From contig CAYXZX010000002.1 of NCBI GenBank assembly GCA_964469455.1, positions 4,377 to 68,376 of the forward strand: 64,000 nucleotides of DNA, given 5' to 3'. A model generated the notes under the pieces. The model ran no database searches. It worked only from the letters and a program-made list of their open reading frames with translations, and was not told the origin of the DNA. How positions within the stretch are numbered: the stretch's first letter is position 1; each line of letters opens with the position of its first letter. Shown here in pieces: positions 38,091 through 47,163 of the stretch. This stretch comes from an uncultured Rhodocyclaceae bacterium (lineage in GTDB: Bacteria; Pseudomonadota; Gammaproteobacteria; Burkholderiales; Rhodocyclaceae). A program made the translations under genes and the position numbers.

Positions 38091-39281
38091 CTAGGCGACG
38101 CTGCTCAGCAGCAGTCTCACCAGCGTCGTCTGGCGGGTGACGCCGGTCTTCGTGAATATCGAACGAAGGTGCGCGCGGATGGTGTTCTTGCGGATATGCA
38201 ACTCGTCGGCGGCCTCATCGAGCGTGAGACCGTTGGCCAGGAGCAGGGCCAAGGTGGCCTCCGCCGGGGTGAAACCGAACAGCTGGCGCAGTAATTCGCT
38301 GGAGGCCTGGGACTTGCGCTCGGGGTCGCAAATGAACACCGCCACGGCGGGGCGATGTCGCCCCTCCGACCATTCGCCAAGCGGAATTGTGCGAACAACG
38401 ATGCCAAGCTTGGCGCGGCCGGACGGGCGTGTGATCGCGAGCGCCTCCGGCACGGTAGGCGACGACAGGTGCGCACTGGCCAGCGTCTGGCGCATGAGTT
38501 GCTGCAGGTCGTGGTCTTCCTTGCGGTAATCGGCATGAAGGGTATCGCGCGAGAGGTGGATGCCGTCCTTTTGCGCCAGGATTTCCTCGGCAACCTTGTT
38601 GCTCCGGATCACGGCACCGGTCTTGTCGAGAATTAGCGTGCCCACGAGCATGCGGTCGACCGCTGTGGCGTAGAGGCGGCGCTCGGACTCGATGACGCCG
38701 AAATGGGCGCGCAGGTTCACGGCACGCTTGATGTGCGGCAGCAACATCTGGCACAGGGCCTTGTCGCAGGCCGAAAAGTTGGTGGTTCCGGCCGGTCGGG
38801 TGACGCGCAGGCGGCATTCGGCGCCATCGTCGGCTCTCAGGTCGGAACCGAGGATATGTCTGATGTCATTGGGCGCGATGAACTGCCGGTAGAACTCACC
38901 CTTGACCCACTGCTGCGTGTCGATCATTTCGTCGAGCGTGACGACCTTGTCGGGGGGGAGCCCAACGAACGGATCCATCGAAAAAAAGTTGAATTGGTTG
39001 TATGCGGCGCCGTAGATCTCGGGGCCCTGGTCACCCGCCCGGATGAGCAATGCGGGCTGGTCGAGGGAAGCGGGCCGGAGTATCAGGGTTGCCCAATTCG
39101 CCTTCAGGTATTTCCTCAGGGCCTTGAGCAAACTCCCCCACTGCACCGGTTCCTTCAGCCCCTCATAGATCAGGCCGGTCAACTCGCTGAAATCCTCGAG
39201 CGACAAGTTCATTGCTTCCGATACGGAACGGCAGCTATTGTCCGGCGCGCGACCCTCGATCATGGGCGACCCATCTGGCAT
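38091..39281 (-). CDS. LuxR/GerE-family transcriptional regulator with a large N-terminal domain (alternative ATG at 39212)
   Basis: C-terminal HTH TPAEATLALLLANGLTLDEAADELHIRKNTIRAHLRSIFTKTGV. About 320 aa of N-terminal region with no motif I recognise. Confidence 0.85.
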   Translation of the reverse strand: MPDGSPMIEGRAPDNSCRSVSEAMNLSLEDFSELTGLIYEGLKEPVQWGSLLKALRKYLKANWATLILRPASLDQPALLIRAGDQGPEIYGAAYNQFNFFSMDPFVGLPPDKVVTLDEMIDTQQWVKGEFYRQFIAPNDIRHILGSDLRADDGAECRLRVTRPAGTTNFSACDKALCQMLLPHIKRAVNLRAHFGVIESERRLYATAVDRMLVGTLILDKTGAVIRSNKVAEEILAQKDGIHLSRDTLHADYRKEDHDLQQLMRQTLASAHLSSPTVPEALAITRPSGRAKLGIVVRTIPLGEWSEGRHRPAVAVFICDPERKSQASSELLRQLFGFTPAEATLALLLANGLTLDEAADELHIRKNTIRAHLRSIFTKTGVTRQTTLVRLLLSSVA

Positions 39282-39453
39282 GCTCCTCCATGGACTTGAC
39301 GACGGCTTCGGGCCTGCGTCCGAACGCCGGTCCGCTGCGCGCCCCTGCGATTAAGCCCGAATGACTTCGCAGGTGGTCGGGCACGGTCCTGTTTGCCGCA
39401 GTATAGACGAGGATGCGCGGTGCGCGGAAACCGGCACCGATACAGTATCTTCC

Positions 39454-39476
39454 ATCGTCCATTCAGACGACGAGCC
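39454..39476 (+). promoter_or_regulatory. candidate operator, copy C of the shared motif (ATCGTCCATTCAGACGACGAGCC; core TCGTC-N6-GACGA)
   Basis: Lies in the divergent region between the luxR-type gene (-) and the SDR/ACAD/ligase operon (+). 21 of 23 positions are identical to the copy at 55022-55044. The two 5-nt arms are perfect inverted repeats. Confidence 0.55.
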
Positions 39477-39524
39477 ACGAGATGCAGTTGCATAGACTCA
39501 CTCCAATCCAGGCCACGACGGAGC

Positions 39525-40322
39525 ATGCGTTTCATGACGGTTCATTTCGACTACTCTGGGCAGGTCGTGCTGGTCACGGGTGGCACGAAGGGCATCGGTC
39601 GGGGCATTGCCGAGTCCTTCCTTGCGGCCGGTGCTGACGTGGTCGTTTGTGGGCGTTCGGAGCCCGAGGCTCCGGTACGCGCGAACGGCCGGGAAGCCAA
39701 ATTCGTGGCCTGCGATGTCAAGGATATCGATTCGCTCAAGGCATTGTTCGCGTCAATCGCGGCGGAACATGGCAGGCTCGACGTGGTGGTAAACAATGCG
39801 GGCGGGGCGCCCTCGGCACCGGCTGCGACGGCTTCGCCACGTTTTCACGAAAGCATCATCCGCCTCAACCTGCTGGCCCCGCTCAACGTGGCTCAAATGG
39901 CCAATCAGGTCATGCAGAATCAGGCCGGCGGCGGTGTCGTGATTTTCATTGGCAGCATCGGCTCGCTGCGGCCGGCACCGGGTACCGCGGCATATTCCGC
40001 GGCGAAGGCCGGGATTGCGATGCTCGGCTGGGGACTGGCGCAGGAGTGGGCTCCCAAGGTACGTGTCATGACGGTCAGTCCAGGACTGGTTCACACCGAT
40101 CAGGCGGACGTTCACTATGGCGACACGGCAATTTCGGCTGCGGTCGCCAATACGATTCCGATGAAGCGGATGGCGACACCGCAGGACATCGGTAATGCGT
40201 GCCTGATGATGGCGGCGCCGGAACTGGCCTACGCCACGGGCAGCAATCTCTATGTCCACGGCGGTGGCGAGCCGCCGGTATTTCAGACCGTTGTCGATCA
40301 ACTGACCAAGCCCAGAGGTTAG
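39525..40322 (+). CDS. SDR family oxidoreductase (alternative ATG at 39534)
   Basis: GQVVLVTGGTKGIGRGIA, NNAGG and YSAAKAGI motifs. Confidence 0.88.
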   Translation: MRFMTVHFDYSGQVVLVTGGTKGIGRGIAESFLAAGADVVVCGRSEPEAPVRANGREAKFVACDVKDIDSLKALFASIAAEHGRLDVVVNNAGGAPSAPAATASPRFHESIIRLNLLAPLNVAQMANQVMQNQAGGGVVIFIGSIGSLRPAPGTAAYSAAKAGIAMLGWGLAQEWAPKVRVMTVSPGLVHTDQADVHYGDTAISAAVANTIPMKRMATPQDIGNACLMMAAPELAYATGSNLYVHGGGEPPVFQTVVDQLTKPRG

Positions 40323-40458
40323 CCGGATCGATGCATGGGCAGTTGACGATGGTGGAGTGTAACTTCGGGACGGGTCGGTCTGCGGGCGAGTGACAATTCG
40401 GAGTCTTCTTGGATCTAGAGGTTCCCGTTGATTCTTGCATTGGATTAAGGAAGCGGCA

Positions 40459-41595
40459 ATGGATTTCAGAATAAATGAGGATCAGGCCGCCATCGCCGAG
40501 ATGGCCAGCCGCCTGTTCTCGGAACAGTGCGACGATGCGCGCCTTTCGGCATTTGATCGGGGCGGCCAGCCTTACGATGCGGACTTGTGGCGCAAGGTGG
40601 TCGAGACCGGGCTGCACGCCCTGCTCGTCGACCTCGATGCCGGCGGCAGCGGCTTGGGCATGACGGAGTTGATGCTGGTGCTGCAGGCTCAGGGACGAGC
40701 TTTGGCCCCGGTGCCGCTCTGGCGCCATCAGCTTGCCACGGCGGCACTTGCCAGCTTTGGCGAAGGCGACGTCAACGCGAGCCTCGTCGCAGGAGCCGTC
40801 GCCGGCGAATTCTTGGCGACCTTGTCGGTCGAGGGTGCCTTGCAGGCTCGAGGATTGTCGCTGCATGCCAGAGCCAGCGGTGAAGAATGGCGCCTCGACG
40901 GCACCGCCCAGGCCGTGCCGCTGGCGGCCCAATCACGCTGGGCACTCCTGACCGCCAACGCGGGCAGCGAGGTGCGGCTCTTTGTCGTTGATCTGAGCAG
41001 TCCCGCCGTCAGTTTCGTCGAGGGGATCTTTACCCACGGCGAGCGCGTTGCCGATGTCGTCTGCACGGATTGTGTTGTACCCTCGGCGGCATCGCTCCCT
41101 GGCGCGGCTTTGCGGTGGGTCGAGCAGCGCGCATGTGCTGCCGTGGCCGCGCTTCAGCTTGGCGTGAGCGAGGACCAGTTGCGGCGCACGGCAGAATATG
41201 TCGGCGAACGCAGGCAGTTCGACCGCGTGATCGCAACGTTTCAGGCGGCTCAGATGCAGATGGCCGACGGCTATATTCATCGGGAGACAGTGCGCAGTTC
41301 CCTCATGCAATTGTGTTACCGGCTGGATGCGGGCCTAGATGCGGCGCCTCAGGCCCTGGCCACCAAGTTCCTCGCCAGCGAACTCGGGCATCGTGTCGGC
41401 CACATGGCACAGCACCTGCATGGCGGCATGGGCGTGGATACGACCTATCCGATACATCGCTACCAATTGTGGAGCCGTGCCCTGGGCCTCGCCATGGGCG
41501 GACCCGGCGGTGTCCTGTCCCGACTGGGCGACTGGCTCGCGGACAACGATAAGCTCGGGTGGAAGTACGACCTTAACGAACAGTCACAGGTCTGA
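40459..41595 (+). CDS. acyl-CoA dehydrogenase family protein (class with HGGMG motif and no EIQ motif)
   Basis: MDFRINEDQAAIAEM N-terminus and LHGGMGVDTTYPIHRY near the C-terminus. Confidence 0.85.
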   Translation: MDFRINEDQAAIAEMASRLFSEQCDDARLSAFDRGGQPYDADLWRKVVETGLHALLVDLDAGGSGLGMTELMLVLQAQGRALAPVPLWRHQLATAALASFGEGDVNASLVAGAVAGEFLATLSVEGALQARGLSLHARASGEEWRLDGTAQAVPLAAQSRWALLTANAGSEVRLFVVDLSSPAVSFVEGIFTHGERVADVVCTDCVVPSAASLPGAALRWVEQRACAAVAALQLGVSEDQLRRTAEYVGERRQFDRVIATFQAAQMQMADGYIHRETVRSSLMQLCYRLDAGLDAAPQALATKFLASELGHRVGHMAQHLHGGMGVDTTYPIHRYQLWSRALGLAMGGPGGVLSRLGDWLADNDKLGWKYDLNEQSQV

Positions 41596-41730
41596 ACGGA
41601 CGGTGGATTCCCCGAGGGGCATGGTAACGATGACGTTGTGTCCGGTGGCAGCTTGTCGAATTTCGGTTGCCCTGCTTCACCTGTTTTCTGATCCCGGGCG
41701 AACGCCGGGGCGATCAGCGAGGTTATAGAC

Positions 41731-42897
41731 ATGTTTGTAGATCTGACTCCCGAACAGCATGCCCTGCGCCGGTGCGTGCGCGACTACTTTAACGGCCTGA
41801 TGACGCCGGAACTCCGGCGCGAGTTGCGCGGCGCCGAAGGGGGTGAAGAATACCGCCGGCTGGCCCGCCAGATGGGCAAGGACGGCTGGCTGGCGGTGGG
41901 CTGGCCGAAGGAATATGGCGGGCAGGGCTACGCGGCCACCGAGCAGCTGATCTTCTTCGAGGAAGCCAACATTGCCGGCGCGGTCCTGCCTTTCGTAACC
42001 ATCAACACCGTGGGGCCGGCCTTGATGGCCCATGGCTCGGATGCGCAGAAGAAGCGCTTCCTGCCGGGCATTGCGGCTGGCGAGATCATTTTTTCCATCG
42101 GCTATACCGAACCGTCGGCCGGCAGTGACCTGGCGACGCTGAAGACTCGTGCTTCCTTCGAGGATGGCCACTTCGTCGTCAACGGCAACAAGATCTTCAC
42201 CTCCGGCATCGAAGGGGCGGATTACGTGTGGCTGGCGGTGCGCACCGATCCCGATCTGCCCCGGCACAAGGGAATTTCCATCCTCATCGTCGATACGCGC
42301 CTGCCGGGAGTCTCGCATACGCTGATCGATACCGTGTCGACGCGCACGGCGGCAAGTTATTACGACAATGTCATGGTGCCCGCCGACTGTCTCGTCGGAG
42401 AACTGCACGGCGGCTGGAAACTGATTACCGCACAGCTCAACCATGAGCGCCTGGGCTTGGGCGCGTTCTCCGACAAGGTCTTTGGCCCATTCCGGCGTGT
42501 CTTCCTTTGGGCGCGAACGCCCGACGAGAACGGCCGGCGCGCCATCGACGTTCCTTGGGTGCGGACGATGCTTGCCGAATGCTATGCGCGCATCGAGGCG
42601 ATGCGCATCCTCAACTTCCGTATTGCCGCCAGCCTCGATACGGGCGACATGGACGTTTCGCTGGCTTCCGCCGCGAAAGTCTATGGGTCGGAGACGGTCA
42701 TCGAAGTGGTGCGCCGCCTCATCGAGATTGTCGGTGGCAGCGGCTTGGTCAAGGCAGGGTCGGCCGCGGCGGCCCTGCTGGGAGACCTCGAATACGAGGC
42801 GCGACTGGCGCCGGTCAATACCTTTGGCGGTGGCACCAACGAGATTCAGCGTGAACTGATTGCCCAGTTCGGCTTTGGCATGCCGCGAACCCGCTGA
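41731..42897 (+). CDS. acyl-CoA dehydrogenase family protein (class with GGGTNEIQ motif)
   Basis: GYTEPSAGSD and FGGGTNEIQRELIAQFGFGMP. Confidence 0.92.
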   Translation: MFVDLTPEQHALRRCVRDYFNGLMTPELRRELRGAEGGEEYRRLARQMGKDGWLAVGWPKEYGGQGYAATEQLIFFEEANIAGAVLPFVTINTVGPALMAHGSDAQKKRFLPGIAAGEIIFSIGYTEPSAGSDLATLKTRASFEDGHFVVNGNKIFTSGIEGADYVWLAVRTDPDLPRHKGISILIVDTRLPGVSHTLIDTVSTRTAASYYDNVMVPADCLVGELHGGWKLITAQLNHERLGLGAFSDKVFGPFRRVFLWARTPDENGRRAIDVPWVRTMLAECYARIEAMRILNFRIAASLDTGDMDVSLASAAKVYGSETVIEVVRRLIEIVGGSGLVKAGSAAAALLGDLEYEARLAPVNTFGGGTNEIQRELIAQFGFGMPRTR

Positions 42898-42920
42898 CGG
42901 ACACGCGATCACGTTGCTGG

Positions 42921-44741
42921 ATGGTGGAGAGTCGAGTGGTAATCCCAAGGGAAGTCACCCAGGCCAAGCTTGATCTCAGGTCGGCCGCTGCCGCGCGATT
43001 CAAGCCCAAGGCCGAGTACACCATCGCCGATCGCCTTGAGGAAAAGAGCGCGGCACTGGGATCGCGCCCGTTCCTGATCATGGGCGACGTCGTGCTGAGC
43101 TATGCCGAGGTTAATGCCCGGGCCAATCAGGTGGCGCACGCGGCGGCCGCACTTGGCTTCAAGCGGGGCGATGTTTGCGCTCTGGCAATGGAAAATCGGC
43201 CGGAGTTCTTCATCGTCTGGTTCGGGCTCAACAAGATCGGCGTCACCGTCGCCCTGCTCAACACACACAACCGGGGCCGGCCCCTGCGGCACGCCATCGA
43301 CGAATCGGGGGCCAAGGCAGTGATTGTTGGCGAGGAATGTCTGTCGGCTTTCGAGGCCCCCGAGACGCGCGATCTCGACATGCTGTGGTTGTGGCCGGAT
43401 CCGCAGTTTCCGGCGGCTCCCTCGCTACGGGCGATGACAGCCATGGACTTTTCCGCACGCTGTGCCGGGGCAGACCGCGACAATCCGGATCGCACCTTGC
43501 GGCAGGGCGTGCTATCGGAGCATCCGGCCATTCTGGTGTTTACGTCCGGTACCACGGGTCTGCCGAAGGCCGCGATCTGTTCGCACATGCGCTGGATGAT
43601 GGCCGGGGATGTCTCGCAGGCGATCATGAATACCGGCGAGAACGATGTCTTCTATTGCTTCCTGCCGCTCTACCACGGTGCGGCGGCGACATCGCTCGGT
43701 TCCACCGCGCTATTGTCCGGCGGGACCATCGTCATCCGGCGGCGCTTCAGCGTCCGGGAGTTCTGGAACGACGTGCGACGCTACCGCGTGACCTTCTGCC
43801 AGTACGTCGGCGAGATCATCCGCTACCTGCTGAATCAGCCGCTGCGGCCGGATGACAGGCAGCACACACTGCGCATCATGGCGGGTACCGGCATGGGTGC
43901 GGAACTCTGGAACCGGTGGATCGAGCGCTTCGGCGATTGTTTCATCGTCGAGGGCTGGGGCTCCACCGAATCGAATGCCAATCTGGTGAATGTCGACAAT
44001 CACGTTGGATCCTGCGGCCGTGTGCCGTTCTGGGAAAAGACGAACCTGCGCCTCGTCCGCTATGACGTCGAGACGGGCGAGCACATGCGAGACGCCGAAG
44101 GGCATTACGTACTGTGTCAGCCGGGCGAAGTCGGGGAAGCCATAGGCTTCATCATCGATCATCCGGACATCGCCGGCGGGCGCTTCGAGGGCTACACGTC
44201 GAAGGAACAGACCGAGAAGAAGATCCTGCGCAACGTCTTTCAGCAGGGGGATGCATGGTGGAGTTCCGGCGACCTGCTGCGTTGCGACGAGGACGGCTAT
44301 GTCTGGTTCGTCGATCGCATCGGCGACACGTTCCGCTGGAAGAGCGAGAACGTCTCGACCACCGAGGTCACCGAGGCGCTCGGGACTTTCCCGGGGATGG
44401 AATCGATCAACATCTACGGCGTGCAGGTGCCCGGCATGGGGGGGCGCTGCGGCATGGCGGCCATCCTCATGCAGCCGGGACAGGCATTCGACGGCCGGTC
44501 GTTCTACGAGTTCGCGGTCGGGCAGGTGCCACGTTACGCCATGCCCCAGTTCGTGCGACTGTCCAGGCAGGCCGACCTGACGACGACATTCAAGCTGCGC
44601 AAGGTCGATCTGCAGCGGCAGGGCTACGATCCTCGCGCATTCGAGGATCCGCTTTACGTGATCGACGAGGGCGAGCAGCGTTACGTTCCCTATAGCGAGG
44701 AAACCCTGGCGAAGGCCGGATTTCCGCCCTTCGCACCATGA
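42921..44741 (+). CDS. FATP-type (very-long-chain) acyl-CoA synthetase
   Basis: AMP-binding motif FTSGTTGLPKAA and the FATP signature VDRIGDTFRWKSENVSTTEV. Confidence 0.9.
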   Translation: MVESRVVIPREVTQAKLDLRSAAAARFKPKAEYTIADRLEEKSAALGSRPFLIMGDVVLSYAEVNARANQVAHAAAALGFKRGDVCALAMENRPEFFIVWFGLNKIGVTVALLNTHNRGRPLRHAIDESGAKAVIVGEECLSAFEAPETRDLDMLWLWPDPQFPAAPSLRAMTAMDFSARCAGADRDNPDRTLRQGVLSEHPAILVFTSGTTGLPKAAICSHMRWMMAGDVSQAIMNTGENDVFYCFLPLYHGAAATSLGSTALLSGGTIVIRRRFSVREFWNDVRRYRVTFCQYVGEIIRYLLNQPLRPDDRQHTLRIMAGTGMGAELWNRWIERFGDCFIVEGWGSTESNANLVNVDNHVGSCGRVPFWEKTNLRLVRYDVETGEHMRDAEGHYVLCQPGEVGEAIGFIIDHPDIAGGRFEGYTSKEQTEKKILRNVFQQGDAWWSSGDLLRCDEDGYVWFVDRIGDTFRWKSENVSTTEVTEALGTFPGMESINIYGVQVPGMGGRCGMAAILMQPGQAFDGRSFYEFAVGQVPRYAMPQFVRLSRQADLTTTFKLRKVDLQRQGYDPRAFEDPLYVIDEGEQRYVPYSEETLAKAGFPPFAP

Positions 44742-44800
44742 CGGCCCGTGCCGCAGGCGCGGCGCGTCGCGACGACTGACTTTCAGGAAGGAGTTTCAGC

Positions 44801-45985
44801 TTGGACGATCTCGAAGCATTTCGGCAGGAAGTCCGGCAGTGGCTCGATGCCAACTGTCCGGCTTCCATGCGCATGCCCGGTCCCGAGGAGATGGTCATCG
44901 GCGGCAGCCAGGCGACTTTCGCGACCGCTGACCAGAAACTTTGGTTCGAGCGCATGCGCGACAAGGGCTGGTTCGCACCCGGCTGGCCGACACAGTATGG
45001 TGGCGGGGGGCTGGACACGCATCGCGTGCGCGTTCTCGAGGATGAGATGCGGCGCATGAAATGCCGAGTGCCGCAGGTCAATATCGGCATCTGGATGCTT
45101 GGCCCCGTGCTGCTGGAGTTCGGCACCGCGGCCCAGAAGACGCGTTTTCTGCCCGCCATGACGCGTGGCGAAGAGGGCTGGTGCCAGGGTTTCTCCGAGC
45201 CGAACGCCGGTTCGGACCTGGCCAGCCTCAAGACCGCGGCGCGCGCCGATGGCGACCATTACGTCGTCAGCGGTGCCAAGATCTGGACGTCCGGTGCCGA
45301 CAAGGCGGACTGGATGTACGCGCTGGTGCGCACCGATCCGGCCGCGCCGAAGCATCTCGGGATCAGCCTGCTGATGATCGACATGAAGTCGCCCGGCATC
45401 ACCGTGCGGCCGATCGAACTGATCAGCGGCGCCTCCAAGTTCTGCCAGGTGTTCTTCGACGATGTCCGGGTCCCCAGGGAGCATCTCGTCGGCCCCGTAA
45501 ACGGCGGCTGGACGGTGGCGAAGCGCCTGCTGCAACATGAGCGGGAAGCTATGTCGAAAATGGGCGATCTCAACCTGCCGACCCAGTGCGAACTGGTGCC
45601 GACCGTGCGTCGTTTTCTTGCCGATGGTGCCGCGCCGGGCGATCGGGCGATCCGTCAGCGCGCGGTGACCTGCGCCATGGACGAGCACGCCTATCATCTG
45701 ACCGTGGCCCGCATGGCCCAGCAGGCCAAGGCGCGCATGGATGTCACGGGACTGATGTCCATCGTCAAGTTGGTGCACACCGAGCAGGACAAGCGCAAGT
45801 CGGCGGTGCTGATCGACGCCATGGGGAATCGTGGCCTCGGGTGGGAAGGCGACGAATTCACCGACGACGAACTCACGACCGCTCGCCAGTGGCTGCTCAG
45901 CTACACGCTGACCATCGCCGGCGGCTCGTCGGAGGTACAACTCAATATCGTCGCCAAGCGCGTCCTGGGTCTTCCCGGCAGCTGA
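44801..45985 (+). CDS. acyl-CoA dehydrogenase family protein (class with AGGSSEVQ motif); TTG start
   Basis: AGGAAGGAG RBS 7 nt upstream of the TTG. WCQGFSEPNAGSD and IAGGSSEVQLNIVAKRVLGLP. Confidence 0.9.
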   Translation: MDDLEAFRQEVRQWLDANCPASMRMPGPEEMVIGGSQATFATADQKLWFERMRDKGWFAPGWPTQYGGGGLDTHRVRVLEDEMRRMKCRVPQVNIGIWMLGPVLLEFGTAAQKTRFLPAMTRGEEGWCQGFSEPNAGSDLASLKTAARADGDHYVVSGAKIWTSGADKADWMYALVRTDPAAPKHLGISLLMIDMKSPGITVRPIELISGASKFCQVFFDDVRVPREHLVGPVNGGWTVAKRLLQHEREAMSKMGDLNLPTQCELVPTVRRFLADGAAPGDRAIRQRAVTCAMDEHAYHLTVARMAQQAKARMDVTGLMSIVKLVHTEQDKRKSAVLIDAMGNRGLGWEGDEFTDDELTTARQWLLSYTLTIAGGSSEVQLNIVAKRVLGLPGS

Positions 45986-46008
45986 CCGACAAGCGGAGTC
46001 GAACGGAC

Positions 46009-47163
46009 ATGAACATGGTTTTCAGCGAAGAGCAGCGGTTGCTGGCGGACACGGCCAGGGATTTTCTCGACGCCCATTGCCCGGTCACGGCCTTGCGGCG
46101 CTTGCGTGACGGCAAGGATGCACTTGGTTACGACCCGGAAGCCTGGCGGAAGATGGTCGAGTTGGGCTGGACCGCGATTCCCTTCACGGAAGCGTTGGGT
46201 GGTCTCGATTTCGGTTATCTGGGCATGGGCGCGGTATTCGAGCAGATGGGCCGGACGCTCGCCGCCAGCCCGCTGTTCGCCACGGTGGTGCTGGGCGGCT
46301 CGGCGCTTTCCCTGGGCGGTTCGCCAGAGCAACAGGCGACACATGTGCCGGCCATCATCGCGGGCGACAGGCGCTTGGCGCTGGCGTTGGATGAAGGCCG
46401 CCGCCACGACCCGGCCGCGATTGCGCTCGCGGCGCGCCGCGTCGATGACGGCTATATGCTCGATGGCGAGAAAGTCTTCGTGCTCGACGGCCATGTCGCC
46501 GACTGGCTGGTCGTGGCGGCCCGCACGTCGGGTCGGGCGGGCGAGCGGACCGGTCTCAGCTTGTTCCTTGTGGACGCGAATGCGCCCGGTGTCGAGCGGC
46601 AACGCAACATGATGCTCGATTCACGCAACGCGGCGAGGGTGCGGTTCAATGGCGTCCGGGTGAGCGCCGGCGCGTTGCTGGGGAAGGCCGATGAAGGATG
46701 GGAACTGCTCGATGAAATCCTCGATCGCGGACGCGCCTGCCTTGCCGCCGAGATGCTGGGCATTGGCCAATGGCTGTTCGACACCACCGTCAAGTACCTG
46801 AAGGAGCGAATCCAGTTCGACGTGCCGATCGGTTCGTTCCAGGCGCTGCAACATCGGGCAGCATGGCTCTACGCGGAACTGGAACTGGCGCGCAGTGCCG
46901 TCATGGCCGGCCTGTCGGCCGTGAATGGCTTGCCCGACGAGCGTCGCCAGCTGGTCAGTCTCGCCAAGGCCAAGATGGGCACGGTACTGGAACGCATCAG
47001 CGGTGAGGCCGTGCAGATGCACGGCGGCATCGGCGTCACCGACGAACTGGATGTCGGCCTCTACCTGAAACGGGGGCGGGTGGCTCGCCATGCATTCGGC
47101 GACAACGATTTTCATGCCCAGCGATATGGTGAAGGCATCGGCTTGCTGGCGGCGGGAGCTTGA
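46009..47163 (+). CDS. acyl-CoA dehydrogenase family protein (class with HGGIGVTDELD motif and no EIQ motif)
   Basis: MNMVFSEEQRLLADTARDF N-terminus and MHGGIGVTDELDVGLYLKRGR. The ORF-track extension from 45586 overlaps the upstream ACAD. Confidence 0.9.
   Translation: MNMVFSEEQRLLADTARDFLDAHCPVTALRRLRDGKDALGYDPEAWRKMVELGWTAIPFTEALGGLDFGYLGMGAVFEQMGRTLAASPLFATVVLGGSALSLGGSPEQQATHVPAIIAGDRRLALALDEGRRHDPAAIALAARRVDDGYMLDGEKVFVLDGHVADWLVVAARTSGRAGERTGLSLFLVDANAPGVERQRNMMLDSRNAARVRFNGVRVSAGALLGKADEGWELLDEILDRGRACLAAEMLGIGQWLFDTTVKYLKERIQFDVPIGSFQALQHRAAWLYAELELARSAVMAGLSAVNGLPDERRQLVSLAKAKMGTVLERISGEAVQMHGGIGVTDELDVGLYLKRGRVARHAFGDNDFHAQRYGEGIGLLAAGA

Noticed and set aside
45586-46008. N-terminal extensions in the ORF track (45586-46008, and likewise 18952-19164, 33743-33958, 51426-51578, 21315-21410, 26578 ORF upstream part 27376-27624).
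   Set aside because: The extensions overlap the preceding gene in another frame and are Arg/Gly-rich. They are followed by an internal ATG that gives a canonical family N-terminus, often with an RBS or an ATGA overlap. I used the internal starts.
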